Shown: positions 13,230-25,392, numbered from the stretch's first letter. The stretch is DNA of 64,000 nucleotides from an uncultured delta proteobacterium (GCA_963810935.1 CAWEPK010000015.1:1-64000), one strand, 5' to 3'. Made by a program: numbers and translations. Notes: a model not told the origin generated them from the sequence alone.

Positions 13230-14390
13230 CTAGAACAGTAATAGCGATAACCCTGCTGCGGGGAGGACTATGTAGAGTACGTCTACCTTGAATAGAAGGG
13301 CTGCCAGGCCGGCCAGGGCCATGAGCACGCGGAGCGGGGTCCAGGGGACGGCGATGGCGAATGTAATGGTTACGAACAGCAGCAGGCCGACGAAGGAGGC
13401 TAGTATGCCCTGCGTCGCCTTTTGGAAAACGGGCGATCGGCTCAGTCTGTCGAAAAACGGGGCGCAGACTACTACCATCAGGAAGGACGGCGTGAATATC
13501 GCGGCTGCCGCGACTGCGGCGCCCGCAATGCCTTGCACGACGTACCCTACGAACGCGGCAGTGATCACTATCGGCCCCGGCGTCACCTGACCGAGGGCTA
13601 TGCCGTCCATAAACGTGGCGGCGTCCATCCATCCCTTTACATGAACGACCTGCTGGAGCATGAGCGGCAGGGACGCGAAGCCCCCGCCGAAGGCGAAGAG
13701 GTCTACCTTGATCATCAGCAGGGCCAGGTCGAAAAGACGCGGAAGGAAAAGATAGCAGGCAAGGAGGGCGAGTGCGGCGGCGGCCGGGCAGGCAATAAGG
13801 GCTGCCGGTGAAACGTGAATGTCGCGGCCGGCTTCCGGGTGCGCCCGGCCGGTGGCGCGCACAAGCAGAATGCCCGCGAGCGCCGCGCCCGCAATTACCA
13901 AAAACGGGCTCACGCCCACCCGGAAGGCAACGGCTGAGGCAACGGCAAGGAGCACGTGCGCCCAGCTTTTCAACGATGTCCTGCCGAATGTGTACGTCGC
14001 GTTGGCGACGAGGGCGACGACGACCACCTGCAATCCTGAAAAAAGAGACGCAGCCTGCGGCAGGCCATGCGTAGCGCCGTATAGCGCGGACAGGAGAAGC
14101 ATGAGGCAGAAAGCGGGCAGGCCGAAGCCTGTATAGGACGCAAGGGCGCCCGGTATGCCGGCCGCCCGCAGGCCCGTGTATGCGGCAGTCTGCATAGCAG
14201 TCGCGCCGGGGACCGCCTGGGCGAGAGCCACGCCCCCTTCGAATGCCCCCTCGTCGAGCCAGCCTTTCCGCTTGACCGCCAGCTCGCCCATATAGGCGAT
14301 CATCGCAGGCCCGCCGAAAGCAGTCAGGCCAAGACGCAGGAATGAAAAGAATATGTCGCCCGTCCCGGGCGGTTCCGGCCTCTCCAACAC
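13230..14390 (-). CDS. chrA: chromate efflux transporter (long-chain CHR)
   Basis: two homologous halves with AFGG and Q.xPG motifs. Confidence 0.9.
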   Translation of the reverse strand: MLERPEPPGTGDIFFSFLRLGLTAFGGPAMIAYMGELAVKRKGWLDEGAFEGGVALAQAVPGATAMQTAAYTGLRAAGIPGALASYTGFGLPAFCLMLLLSALYGATHGLPQAASLFSGLQVVVVALVANATYTFGRTSLKSWAHVLLAVASAVAFRVGVSPFLVIAGAALAGILLVRATGRAHPEAGRDIHVSPAALIACPAAAALALLACYLFLPRLFDLALLMIKVDLFAFGGGFASLPLMLQQVVHVKGWMDAATFMDGIALGQVTPGPIVITAAFVGYVVQGIAGAAVAAAAIFTPSFLMVVVCAPFFDRLSRSPVFQKATQGILASFVGLLLFVTITFAIAVPWTPLRVLMALAGLAALLFKVDVLYIVLPAAGLSLLLF

Positions 14391-14483
14391 ACCGCTATCC
14401 TAAACGCCCGCCCACTCCCTGTCAAGCGTATTCAACGCTTTTTGATTGAGGCGCGTCGAACCATGGCGCATTATATTGTCGAT

Positions 14484-15323
14484 ATGCACCTCGACATGCT
14501 GTCGCTGCTGCTCATCTCTCTGCCCGTCGGCCTTCTCGGCAGCCTCACCGGCCTGGGCGGAGCGAGCATCCTCGTCCCCGTCATGGTCTTCTTCGGCGTC
14601 CCGGTCAAAGAGGCCATCGCCTCCGGCATGGTCAGCATCATCGCCACCTCCAGCGGCTCCGCCTCCGCCTACGTCAAAGAAGAGATCGCCAACGTCAAGA
14701 TCGCCATGTACCTCGAGATGTATACGAGCGTGGGCGCAATCATCGGCGCTACGATCACGACCCTGATCGCGCCCGTCCTCCTTTATTTCTTTTTCGCCCT
14801 CTTCCTCATGACGTCGTTCCTCAAATTCAGGACGCACGCATCCGCGTACGCTGCTTCCCGACCGGCCGCGCAGCTTTCATGGCTTTCCCGCAGGCTCGAC
14901 CTCAAAGGCGGCTACTACGACGCTGCAAGGCGCGGGCGGGTCCATTACCGGGCCGTCCATCCGCTCCTCGGCGGCCTCGGCATGGGCATCGCGGGGCTCG
15001 CCGCAGGCATGCTCGGCATCGGCGCCGGGGCGTTCAAGGTGACTGTGCAGGAGAACGTGCTGAGGCTGCCGTCGAAGGTGGCGAGCGCGACGAGCAACTT
15101 CATCATCGGCATGACCGCCCTGGCGGGCACGAGCGTCTACCTCAAGAGCGGGCTGCTCAACCTGACGCTGGCCGCGCCCATGGCTATAGGCACGACCATA
15201 GGCGCAATCGTGGGAGGGCGGGTGCTCAACAGGCTGCCCGACCGCCTGCTCCGGGTGCTTTTCGTCGCAGTGGTCGTCGTGCTGATCGTACAGATGCTCT
15301 ACAAGGGGTTCATTTCACTATGA
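14484..15323 (+). CDS. TauE/SafE sulfite exporter family protein (start may be 14463)
   Basis: GSLTGLGG and GMLGIGAG motifs, ATSNF, multi-TM. Confidence 0.87.
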   Translation: MHLDMLSLLLISLPVGLLGSLTGLGGASILVPVMVFFGVPVKEAIASGMVSIIATSSGSASAYVKEEIANVKIAMYLEMYTSVGAIIGATITTLIAPVLLYFFFALFLMTSFLKFRTHASAYAASRPAAQLSWLSRRLDLKGGYYDAARRGRVHYRAVHPLLGGLGMGIAGLAAGMLGIGAGAFKVTVQENVLRLPSKVASATSNFIIGMTALAGTSVYLKSGLLNLTLAAPMAIGTTIGAIVGGRVLNRLPDRLLRVLFVAVVVVLIVQMLYKGFISL

Positions 15324-15730
15324 GCCGCAAACAAAAACGCGGGACAAACGACCGGAAGGCGGGCCTCGCGCGCCTGGAAGCGATGATAAGCTACGTCCTC
15401 ATCATCGGCGTCATCGCGAGCCTGCTCCTGGAGGCGGTCGGCCTTTTCCTTTATTACCGCACGTTCGGCACCGTCGCCATCTCCTACGACGGGCGGCTCG
15501 TCCTTTACGCGCACGACTTTTTCGACTTCCTGGTCAGCCTCTTTCGCGGACCCTTAGGAGGCAGCGAAAGCGCCGTAAAACTGATGGCCCTCGGCATGGC
15601 TATACTCATCCTCACGCCTTACGTACGGGCCGTGCTGTCGGTCGTCTACTTCGCCTCCCGCAAAAACCTCACGTACCTCATCGTCACGCTCTTCGTCCTC
15701 ATAGTATTGACGCTAAGCATGCTTCAGTAG
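15320..15730 (+). CDS. DUF1634 family membrane protein
   Basis: ISYVLIIGV...LILTPYVR motif; ATGA overlap with TauE, its usual partner. Confidence 0.8.
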   Translation: MSRKQKRGTNDRKAGLARLEAMISYVLIIGVIASLLLEAVGLFLYYRTFGTVAISYDGRLVLYAHDFFDFLVSLFRGPLGGSESAVKLMALGMAILILTPYVRAVLSVVYFASRKNLTYLIVTLFVLIVLTLSMLQ

Positions 15731-15736
15731 GCTGTC

Positions 15737-16281
15737 CTACTGTGCCTGTCCCGGAGGCACCGGTATGGGCTGTGCCGGCTGCGCATACGGGTTGGGCTGC
15801 TGTTGCCCTCCTTGAGGCGACGGACTTACGGGCACCCACCCGCCGGGGCACGTAGAAACGTAGGGGTAATAGGCGTTCGCCTCCTTACAGTAATACCAGT
15901 ACGACGGCTGCGGCGCGCTGGGAGCGGGTAAAGCAGCGGAAGCCGAATAATCGGGATATGAGTATGGATACTGATAGATATAGGGATTGGAGTAGGGATA
16001 CGCATACGGATAGCCGTAAGCGTAGCCCCACCCGGGCCAGCCGCCCCAACCCCACCAGCCCCACGGGCCGTAATAGCCCCCGCGCCAGCCGTAGCCGCCC
16101 CAGCCTCCGTGCCAGCCGCCATAATAGCCGTGGTAGCCCCCCCGTGCCAGCCGCCGCCGTGATAACCGCCTCCGCCGCCACCGTGGCCGCCGCCCCCGCC
16201 GCCGTGTTGGGATAGGGCGACTGATGGGAGGCCCGTACAAAGCAGAATGCCTATTACAAGGATGAGGACCGCCTTCTTCAT
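15737..16281 (-). CDS. exported Gly/Tyr/Trp/Pro-rich protein (frameshift at C7 run 16137-16143)
   Basis: signal peptide in one frame; YWYYC...YYPYVSTCPGGW motif in the other. Confidence 0.75.
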
Positions 16282-16363
16282 CTTTCGCCCTCCTTATTAC
16301 ATAATTTAAGCCCGAAACGCCGGGACCGCAATTTGATCGGCCGCCCGGACGACGGCTCGTCCG

Positions 16364-16750
16364 TTATGTCCTGGCTGCCCTGCGGACGGCAGTCAGCCAT
16401 AGCCAGCCTGCGGCGCTCCCGACGAAATAGTAAGGGAAGTCGGACCATGCGAAGGTCGTCCCCAGGATCGTCCTGCCGATGAAACAGTTCCTAAGATATT
16501 CCAGAAACGGAGGGTGCCAAAGCTGCATGAATTCGAGCGCGCAGGTAGAGGCGAGCACCACGGCCGCAATCACCAGCGGCCTGCCGCCCGGGAACGCAAA
16601 GAAGGCGGCCAGGCACCAGAACATGTCATAGAACGCCCCTCCCAGGGAATCGTTCACCCACACGTGCGCCGGACCGCCGTAGAACTTGCTCTCAAATCCT
16701 ATAGGGACGATAGCCGCCAGGGAGATAATGGTCAATGCCCTTCGTGACAT
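16364..16750 (-). CDS. DUF2809 family membrane protein
   Basis: EFMQLWHPPFL...GRTILGTTFAWSD motif. Confidence 0.8.
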   Translation of the reverse strand: MSRRALTIISLAAIVPIGFESKFYGGPAHVWVNDSLGGAFYDMFWCLAAFFAFPGGRPLVIAAVVLASTCALEFMQLWHPPFLEYLRNCFIGRTILGTTFAWSDFPYYFVGSAAGWLWLTAVRRAART

Positions 16751-16777
16751 GCTCGTTTCCGTCCGTCCCCTTGTCTC

Positions 16778-17473
16778 CTACTGTATCGCGATCAGGTTTA
16801 TCTCGAAGATCAGCGTTTCGTTAGGCCCGATGGCGGGCGGTGCGCCCTGCGGCCCGTAAGCTAGCTGGGCAGGCACGAAGATCTGCCACTTGGAGCCGAG
16901 GGGCATGAGCTGGAGCGCCTCGGACCATCCCCTTATCACACCGTTGACCGGTACGGCGAGGGGTTGCCCCCTGCGGTACGAGCTGTCGAACTCGGTCCCG
17001 TCGATGAAGGTGCCCCTGTAATTGACGACCACCCTGTCCGTAGGCCGGGGCAAGCGCCCTGTGCCGGCCGTAAGCACCTTGTATTGCAGACCGTCGGAGA
17101 GCGTCCTGACGCCGGGGGCGTTCCTATTTTTGGCAAGGAATGCCTGCCCATCCTCCAGGTTCTTCTGGGCGTCCTCCTTCATCACCTCCGCGCTCTTCGC
17201 TGCCATCTGCTTTTGCGCATCGGCCGACAACTGCGCTATCTCCTGCTCGCTCAAAAGGAGCTTGTTCCCCCGGTATGCGTCCTTGAAGCCCTTTGCCACG
17301 TCATCGGGATTCAGGTTCATCTTAAACCTCTTCATGTCCCTGCCCATCTGCACGCCCACCGCGTAGCTCGTCTTCGCCTGGTCCGTCCCGAGCGCCTGGC
17401 CGCTCGCCCCAGGCGCCGTCCCCGCCAGGAATACCGCTGCAGCAATTACGACCGCTCCGGTACGATATCGCAT
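16778..17473 (-). CDS. FKBP-type peptidyl-prolyl isomerase (Mip/FkpA-like, exported)
   Basis: signal peptide, SYAVG, GLQYKVL, FDSSY, VIRGWSEALQLM, LIFEINL. Confidence 0.92.
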   Translation of the reverse strand: MRYRTGAVVIAAAVFLAGTAPGASGQALGTDQAKTSYAVGVQMGRDMKRFKMNLNPDDVAKGFKDAYRGNKLLLSEQEIAQLSADAQKQMAAKSAEVMKEDAQKNLEDGQAFLAKNRNAPGVRTLSDGLQYKVLTAGTGRLPRPTDRVVVNYRGTFIDGTEFDSSYRRGQPLAVPVNGVIRGWSEALQLMPLGSKWQIFVPAQLAYGPQGAPPAIGPNETLIFEINLIAIQ

Positions 17474-17742
17474 GAGAAACCTCCGGCTTTTTCTTTTAAT
17501 TGTAGGCCGAAGGGGAGAAAAAGACAAGGAACTCCAGCCGCTCGACGGTTTTGTCGAGCGTGCCTCCCCGTTACGACGGCTTTGGCGGCGGCAAGCGGTT
17601 CCGGCATTCGGCATTCCGTGTAAATACCGTACCTCTATAGATACCGCGCCCATGGCACGCTAGTTGCCATACAGTTTCTTTGTTCACACAGTCGCCGGCC
17701 TTCGGGGCCGGCAATGAGATTGCGAAAGCAAGGAGGGACAAC

Positions 17743-17892
17743 ATGAGAAAGATTGTTTTGCTCGCGGTCCTGCTCGCCACTTTAGTCGGCTGCGCCGTCG
17801 TCCCCGTCGCCCCGGCGCCCCGCTACGGCTACCCGGTTTACGCACGCCCGGCTTACGGGCCACCGGTCTACTACGGACCGTATTACAGGTAG
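17743..17892 (+). CDS. small Pro/Tyr-rich lipoprotein
   Basis: AGGAGG SD; lipobox LVGC. Confidence 0.7.
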   Translation: MRKIVLLAVLLATLVGCAVVPVAPAPRYGYPVYARPAYGPPVYYGPYYR

Positions 17893-18118
17893 GGACCGAA
17901 GCCGGACGGGCTTTTCCGGGGACTGGCGAATCGGAAAAACGGTCCTATATTAAATTCTCAGGACCGGCCCTGATCTGCTTCCATCCTTCGAAAGTCCGCT
18001 CCGGCCGGCAACCTCGCCCCTTGTTAGGGGCAAAGGCGCGACCGGGTTGCCTTAATTCACAACGCACTTAAGGGGAAATCCCCTGAAACTGTCACCTGGA
18101 AGACGGTCAGGTCCGCTC

Positions 18119-19676
18119 ATGGCGCTCCTCGCCGTCTGCGTCATGCTCTATGCGTGCCCGGCCCGCGCCTTCGACGGCCGCTCCATGTCATTCTTTTCTC
18201 CTTTGCCACCCTCCAGCCTGCCCTCGCAGGCTGAGAATTACACGCTCCTTGCGCCTGCGCCTTCGGCCTCCCCGTACGTCTCCCTTATCGCCCGGACGTC
18301 CCCGGAGCAGCAGGACACGACAAAAACGGGCAAAAAGGTCCTCTCGTGGGAGACCGGGGAGGGCAAAAGCTACCTCATCCCCGCGATAGAAATCCCGTCC
18401 TTCGTACTGGCCCTCACGCTCGCATCCAGGGTGATCCTGCCGAACGACCGGGAGAACGGGAAGTTGACGTATCAGTCCACCCCGTCCACCTTCTTCGACC
18501 ACCTCTTTCACCCGCACTGGACGTTCGACCTCGACAACTGGAAAACGAGCCAGATAGATCATCCTTACAACGGTACGATCTACTATGGGTTCGCCCGCTC
18601 CGCGGGGAACGACTTCTGGACCTCGCTCGGCTATACGTTCATGGGCAGCTTCCTGTGGGAGACGGGCGGGGAGACCGACCCGTCCTCGATCAACGACCAG
18701 ATAATAACTGGCATCATAGGCGCATTCTTCGGTGAATCGCTTTTCAGGATGGCGAGCCTCCTTTTGGAGGGCGGCGGCGAGACCCGGGCTTCTGGCGCGA
18801 GCTGGGGGCGACGCTTATCTCACCGTCGACAGGCTTCAACCGGTTCGTTTTCGGCGAGCGGTTCGAGCCGTCTTCCCGAGCCGCGACCCGGCCCTTTTCT
18901 GGCGGCTCGACGCAGGAGGGACGGTCCTGGAAAGCTCGTCCGGCCACGTGACGGGCGTTCCGGAGTTCTCAGCAGGCGCAGATTATTCCCTATTGTACGG
19001 GTTGCCGGGGAAACCGGGCTACGGCTACGACCGGCCCTTCGATTATTTCGATTTCGAGATAGCTGCGGGCACCGGGCCGGATAACCTCCCCTCGAAAATA
19101 ATAACGAAGGGCCTCCTGGTCGGCACCGATTATGAGGCCGGGGAGAGCTACAGGGGCGTATGGGGCCTGTACGGGAGCTTCGATTATATCAATCCCAACG
19201 ACTTCAGGGTCGGCACGGGGGCCGTGGACGTAGGGACCAACGGCCAGTGGCGGCTCTCTGAACGCACGGCGCTTCAACTATCCGCCCTCACAGGCATCGG
19301 CTACGGGGCCGCAGGTACTGTACCCGGCGCCAACCCGGACTACCACCATGGAGGGGCCGCCCAGGGCCTCCTCAACCTCCGGTTCATCCTCGGCGACCTA
19401 GCGACGATCGAAGCCGGGCAGCGCGAATATTACATCGACCAGTTCGGCTCGTCGAAGCCGAAGGGCAACGAGCTGATGGGGCGCACCGAGGCGGGGATCA
19501 CGGTGCGCATAGTGGGGAACCATGCCATCTCCTTCCGCTTCCTTTCCGCACGACGCGACGAGTACCCGCCCGGCACTCACAACGTACAGACGATGAACGA
19601 AGTCACCCTGAGTTACACGTATCTCTCCGACGAGCGCTTCGGGGCCGTGGAATGGCGCAACGGGGAAGGGCGATAA
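18119..19676 (+). CDS. DUF3943-domain exported/outer-membrane protein (two frameshifts near 18785 and 18870)
   Basis: D..W..QIDHPYNG..YYGFARSAG..W...GSFLWE..GE...SINDQI motif; PGFWRELG..SP..GFNR appears in the intermediate frame. Confidence 0.75.
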
Positions 19677-19997
19677 GCGACGTCGCCCTTGTCACCGTGC
19701 GGTTTGACGGCCCGATATACCCGCCGCATGTACCCCTCGAAAGAGGACTCAAAAGTGGCAACGAACGGGGTCACTAAAAACAGGGGCTTCAACACTAAAG
19801 ATATCTTTATTCCCTTATAGCGCTTCGTTAAATTCTTATATCACAAAGGTTTACCATCCGGGGGCGCGGCTGGCTGCGGCCTGCGAAAAGTGGGTCGCCT
19901 TTTAGGCGCACACAGGCCATTTAGCCACGGCGCGCGCAGGATGCGTCCGTCGCTGCAAACAATCCGGCCACGCAAAGGCAGGAGGAGGAAGTCTTAA

Positions 19998-22900
19998 ATG
20001 ATTCGAGCGGTAGTCGATTTCGCCCTAAGCCACAGATGGCTCATGCTCGCTTTCGGCGTTTTCCTGTTCGGTATAGGGGTTGTCCAGTTCCAGCACTTAT
20101 CCATCGAGGCATATCCGGACGTGGCCAACAACTATGCCTGGATCATCACGCAGTGGCCCGGCAGGGCCGCCGAGGAGGTGGAACAGCAGGTAACCATCCC
20201 CATTGAGAACACCATGAACGGCATACCCTACCGCACGTACCTCAGGTCGGTCTCTATTGCCGGGCTGTCCGTCGTCATCATAACGTTCGAGGACAACTCG
20301 GACAATTTCCAGAACCGGCAGAGGGTGCTCGAGCGCATCTCCATGGTGACGCTGCCTTCCAACCTCCAGCCGGCCATCGGCCCGGACTTCAGGCCCGTCG
20401 GGCAAATCTATTTCTTCACGCTGCGGAGCACCAACCCCGCATACGACGCCATGGAGCTGAAGACCCTGATGGACTGGACCCTCGTCAAGCAATTCAAGTC
20501 GGTGCCGAACGTCGTTGACGTCGCGCCCTTCGGCGCGCCGACGCGCGAGTACCAGGTGCGGGTGGACCCCGATAAGCTCGTCTCCTACGGGCTCTCCATC
20601 GGCCAGGTGGAGCAGCAGCTCACGAACAACAACGTGAACGCGGGGGGCAGCTTCATAGAGGCGGGCATGCAGCAGATCAACGTGCGGGTCGTCGGCCTCG
20701 TGCACAACATACAGGACATCGAGGATACGGTCATCACGGCGAAAAACGGCACCCCGGTGCGCGTCAAGGACATCGCCGTAGTGGCGCAGGGCCCCAAGAT
20801 CAGGCTGGGCCAGTTCGGCAGGGCGATCCACCGGGCGGACGGCAAGATCATCGACAACGACGACGTCGCCTCCAGCATCGTGCTCATGCGTAAAGGGGCG
20901 CCTTTCGACGAGACTATCGTCGGTGTCGAGAAAAAGGTCAAGGAGCTGAACAACGGGATACTGCCGCCTGGCGTGAAGGTCGTCCCCTTCAACGACCGTG
21001 GAGACCTCGTCCATTACACGACCCACACGGTGCTCCACAACCTGACGGAAGGCTTCATCCTCGTCACGATCGTCCTCCTCCTCTTTTTGGGGAGCGTCAG
21101 GGGCGCTATCGTCGTCGCTTTGACCATCCCCTTCGCCCTCTTCTTCGCTGCGAGTCTGCCTGCACTTAAGGGGGATACCGGCGAACCTCCTTTCCCTTGG
21201 CGCCCTCGATTTCGGGATGGTCGTGGACGGGGCCATCGTGATGGTGGAGAACATCATCCGCCATATCGGCCACAAGGATCCCCGGCGTGCCGCTTTCGGG
21301 CAGGATCAGGGCCGCGGCGCATGAGGTGCAGAGGCCCGTCTTTTACGCGATCCTCATCATCATCACCGCCTATCTACCCATCTATACGTTACAGAGCGTC
21401 GAGGGGCGCCTCTTCAGGCCGATGGCCCTGACCGTCGGCTTTGCACTTCTGGGCGCGATGATATTCTCCGTAACACTCGCCCCGATACTCTTGAGCTTCC
21501 TCTTCCGCAAAGAGACGGCGGAGTGGAAAAACCCTGTAGTTTCCCGCCTCACGAAGCTCTACCGGTCGTCCCTCACGTGGTCGATACATCACCGCAAGGT
21601 AATGATCGGCGTTGCAGTGCTCACCCTTTGCGGCACCGTATACCTGGTCGAGAGCGGGGTCATCGGCTCGGAGTTCCTCCCCCACCTGGACGAGGGCGCG
21701 ATCTGGGTCAGGGGCACGCTTGCCCCGAGCACCGGCCCCACCGAATCGATCCAGGTGGCGAACCGGACCAGGGTCATCCTCGCCTCTTTCCCTGAGGCAA
21801 CACAGGTAACCAGCCAGGCCGGACGGGACGATTCGGGGCAGGACTTTACGGGATTCTTCAACACGGAGTATTGCGTCAACCTGAAGCCCAAGAAAGAATG
21901 GCGCTCTGTCTTCCACCAGGATAAAGACAAACTGATCTCCGCGATGAACCGGGAGCTTCAAAAAACTCCCGGCGTAATATGGAACTTCTCCCAACCCATC
22001 CAGGACAACATGGAAGAGGCGATGAGCGGCATCAAGGGGCAACTTGCAACGAAGATTTACGGCGACGACCTGCGGGTGCTGGAGGCCAAGGGGCAGGAGA
22101 TCATAAATATCATGCGCAACATCAAGGGGATAAAAGACCTCGGCCTTTTCCGCGTTGTCGGCCAGCCCAACCTCAATTTCGTAGTGGACAGGGCGCAGGC
22201 CGCCCGTTATCCAGATCAACGTCGCCGACATACAGGACGCCGTCCAGACGGCCGTCGGGGGGAACGCACTTACCCAGGTACTCCAGGGCGAGCAGCGGTA
22301 CGACCTCGTCATGCGCTATCTTCCCTCCTACCGCGACACGAGGGAGGCGCTGGAGAAGATCCGGCTCCTCAGCCCTTCCGGTGAAAGGGTCTCCCTGGCA
22401 CAACTTTGCAGGGTGGAGATGCGGGACGGCGCGAACCAGATCTATCGTGAAAGGAACAGGCGCTATATCGCTATCAAATACAGCGTAAGGGGCCGCGACC
22501 TCGGCAGCACGATCGAAGAGGCTATAGAGAAGGTGAAGACAGGTGAAGCTGCCGCAAGGTTATTCCATCAACTGGATGGGTGAATACGAGAGCCTGAAGC
22601 GGGCCGAAGCACGGCTTCTTATCATCGTGCCCGTCACGGTATTCTTTATATTCATGATTATATACGGCGCCTTCGGCTCTGCCAAATGGGCCTGCCTCCA
22701 TATGGTCAACGTAGCGGTTGCGCGCATAGGGGGCCTCCTCGCCCTCCTCGTGACAGGTACCTTTTTCAGCGTCTCCTCAGGGGTGGGGTTCATGGCTCTC
22801 TTCGGATGCTCGGTGCAGACGGGCGTCGTGATGGTGGAGTATATCAATCAGCTCCGGGCAAGGGGATACCCTGTTGTCGAGGCTGCGATAGAGGGGGCGA

Positions 22901-23173
22901 CGCGCCGCCTGAGGCCCATCATGATGACGATGCTCGTTGCGACTCTCGGGCCTTTTGCCTGCGGCCATGTCCCACGCCATAGGGTCCGACTCGCAGCGGC
23001 CTTTCGCCATAGTCATCGTTGGGGGGCTGATCGCCGACCTTTTCATGAGCATCTACCTGTTGCCTACCTTCTACGTATGGTGGGCGCGGCCCACCGATCA
23101 CCTGCCCAAACCGGACGAAGCAAAGGACATAGATGCTGAAGACGAGCGGCGGGAGGGGATAAACGGCGATTAA
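19998..23173 (+). CDS. CusA/CzcA family heavy-metal RND permease (about 5 frameshifts)
   Basis: IEAYPD, EEVEQQVTIPIE, NLLSLGALDFG..VDG..VMVEN, GSEFLPHLDEG, RLRPIMMT, QRPFAIVIVGGL spread over successive frames. Confidence 0.88.
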
Positions 23174-23325
23174 CTAAGTTGTTGTTTTCTCACGGAAGGC
23201 CGTGAAAAGCGAACGGCTTGAGGCTCGGGAGAGGCACCGTGGTTCGTGGTATACTAGATAAAGAAAGCCAGCAGGACGGGCAGAAGGCAGGAGGTAAACG
23301 CCGCGCCGGCCCGTCGGGAGCAGTT

Positions 23326-24726
23326 ATGAACCTGTTTCTGCGCCTGTCGCAGGGAAGCCGTTGGACAATACTTGCAACCGCCGCGGTGCTCGTCGGCGTC
23401 GTCGTTCTCGTCGACTGGAAAAACCCCGTCAACGCATATTTCGGCTTCCTTTACGTATTCCCCATGCTCCTGGTCGGGGCAGTCCTTTCGAGCTGGCAAA
23501 TAGCCTTGATCGCCTTAGGCTGCACCCTCCTGGCCGAGACCTTCGACCCGTTCCCCTTCGTGCCCGCAGAGGCCGGACCGCAGGACATCCTCCTCTTCAT
23601 CGCCCTTGCGGGGATTGGCCTGTTCTCCCGCGAGGCGACCGTCAACCGCAAGCTGGAGGTCGAGAACCGCCTGAAAGTCGAAAAGGAAGCGGCCACGCGG
23701 CGCGAGGCGGAGGAGCAGCTCGCATTTATCATACAGACGAGCCCGCTGGCCATTATCGTAACGGGCGGGAGCGGAGAGATCCTCCTGGCTAACGGGGCGG
23801 CAGGCTACCTCTTCCGCGCTCCGGAGACCGAGCTTTTCGGGCGGAACATTTCTCGCTACATTCCGGCCCTCGGCCTTGTCCCTTCCGCGGAGCATGCGGG
23901 CAAGACTTTCCGCACGGAGATGCAATGTCCCGGAAAACGGGGCAACGGCGAGATATTCATGGCCTCCGTCTTCTTTTCCACGTATAAGACCGCCCTCGGC
24001 CCGCGCCTGGCCGCCCTCGTGGTAGACACCTCGGAGGACCTGCGGGGGCGCGCGGAGTACGGCCTGGAGCAGCTCATGACCGGCTCGCGCATACTCGTCG
24101 GCGCCGTCTTCCACGAGGTGAGGAATGTGTGCAGCGCCATCGCCGTCATGTACGAGAACCTCGAGCGGGGCGGCATTTTCAAGGGAAGCGCGGATTTCGA
24201 AGCGTTGGGCTCGCTGGTTGAAGCACTCAACAGGATCGCCTCAACGGAGCTGCGAAAGAGCACAAGCGGGGCGGCGGCAGAGACGGTTGATCTGGCCTCT
24301 TTTATCGACGAGGCGCGCATCGTTCTCGGGCCTTACTGCGCGGAGTCCGATACAGCCATCGATTGGGAGGCACCCGACGCACTGCCTGCGGTCTGGGCCG
24401 ACAGCCACAGCCTCCTTAACGTGCTCCTTAATCTTGCGAAAAATAGCTGCCGCGCCCTCGAAGGGTCGGACCTCAGGAAGATAAAAGTCTCGGTGACGCC
24501 GCGACGTGAAAAGGTGTCGATCAGGTTTTGTGACTCGGGGCCGGGCATAGCCTCGCCTGAAAAACTCTTCCAGCCACTCCAGCAGGGTGCAGATGCGACG
24601 GGGCTGGGGCTGTTCCTCTCGCGCGCTTTCGTGAGGTCTTTCGGGGGCGACCTCAGGTACGAGCCGGGCTGGGGCGGGTGCTGCTTCGTCATCGACCTTG
24701 CCATAGCGGGCGACGCAGAAGTCTGA
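23326..24726 (+). CDS. membrane-bound PAS sensor histidine kinase
   Basis: N-terminal TMs, PAS, H-box FHEVRN, N-box LLNLAKNS, DSGPG, GLGL. Confidence 0.88.
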   Translation: MNLFLRLSQGSRWTILATAAVLVGVVVLVDWKNPVNAYFGFLYVFPMLLVGAVLSSWQIALIALGCTLLAETFDPFPFVPAEAGPQDILLFIALAGIGLFSREATVNRKLEVENRLKVEKEAATRREAEEQLAFIIQTSPLAIIVTGGSGEILLANGAAGYLFRAPETELFGRNISRYIPALGLVPSAEHAGKTFRTEMQCPGKRGNGEIFMASVFFSTYKTALGPRLAALVVDTSEDLRGRAEYGLEQLMTGSRILVGAVFHEVRNVCSAIAVMYENLERGGIFKGSADFEALGSLVEALNRIASTELRKSTSGAAAETVDLASFIDEARIVLGPYCAESDTAIDWEAPDALPAVWADSHSLLNVLLNLAKNSCRALEGSDLRKIKVSVTPRREKVSIRFCDSGPGIASPEKLFQPLQQGADATGLGLFLSRAFVRSFGGDLRYEPGWGGCCFVIDLAIAGDAEV

Positions 24727-24741
24727 CAAAGGGGAAAAGAG

Positions 24742-25392
24742 ATGGATCGCATACGACTGCTGCTCGTTGACGACCACCCGCTCTTTCGGGAGGGCCTCAA
24801 CCGCCTCCTCACCTCGGAGCCCGGCCTGGAAGTCGTCGCAGCGTGCGGGACCGCCTCCGAGGGATTGGAAGCCCTGAAATCCTTGGATGCAGATATAATC
24901 CTGCTAGATTTCGACCTCGGGACGGAGCACGGCAACCAGTTCATATCGTCTGCCCGCGAGTCGGGATACACAGGTAAGATACTTATGGTGACCGCGGGCA
25001 TGAACGCCATACAATCATCTACCGCTCTCAAGCTGGGCGCATCGGGCATCATCCTCAAGACCAGCTCTCCGGGGACCCTTGCGAACGCCATCAGGCTCGT
25101 TGCGGCCGGGGAGATATGGATCGACCAGAAGGTCGTCCAGGAGATGGCGGACCGCGCTCTTGCGGGCGGACAGCAGGTATTGCCGCGGACCCTTACCGAA
25201 CGGGAGGGCCAGGTGCTCCAGGGGGTGTTCGAGGGGCTGACTAACAAGGAAATAGGTGTTAAGATTGGTGTATCGGAGGATTCAGTAAAGACGACGCTCA
25301 AATACCTGTTCCACAAAACGGGAGCAAAGACGCGCGGGCAACTGGTATGGATCGCGCTTCAAGGCTCGCTTCAAAAAGACAAACCTGCATAA
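24742..25392 (+). CDS. NarL/LuxR family response regulator
   Basis: LVDDH receiver, LTERE...GLTNKEIG HTH. Confidence 0.92.
   Translation: MDRIRLLLVDDHPLFREGLNRLLTSEPGLEVVAACGTASEGLEALKSLDADIILLDFDLGTEHGNQFISSARESGYTGKILMVTAGMNAIQSSTALKLGASGIILKTSSPGTLANAIRLVAAGEIWIDQKVVQEMADRALAGGQQVLPRTLTEREGQVLQGVFEGLTNKEIGVKIGVSEDSVKTTLKYLFHKTGAKTRGQLVWIALQGSLQKDKPA

Noticed and set aside
18005..18055. Hairpin ending CCGGGTTGCC resembling the 3' end of a c-di-GMP-I riboswitch
   Set aside because: Lacks the AAACC...GGGACG(C/G)AAAG core; just a stem-loop.
19790..19856. AT-rich repeats upstream of the RND gene as a KdpE box
   Set aside because: Half-sites are not consistently 11 bp apart; too degenerate.
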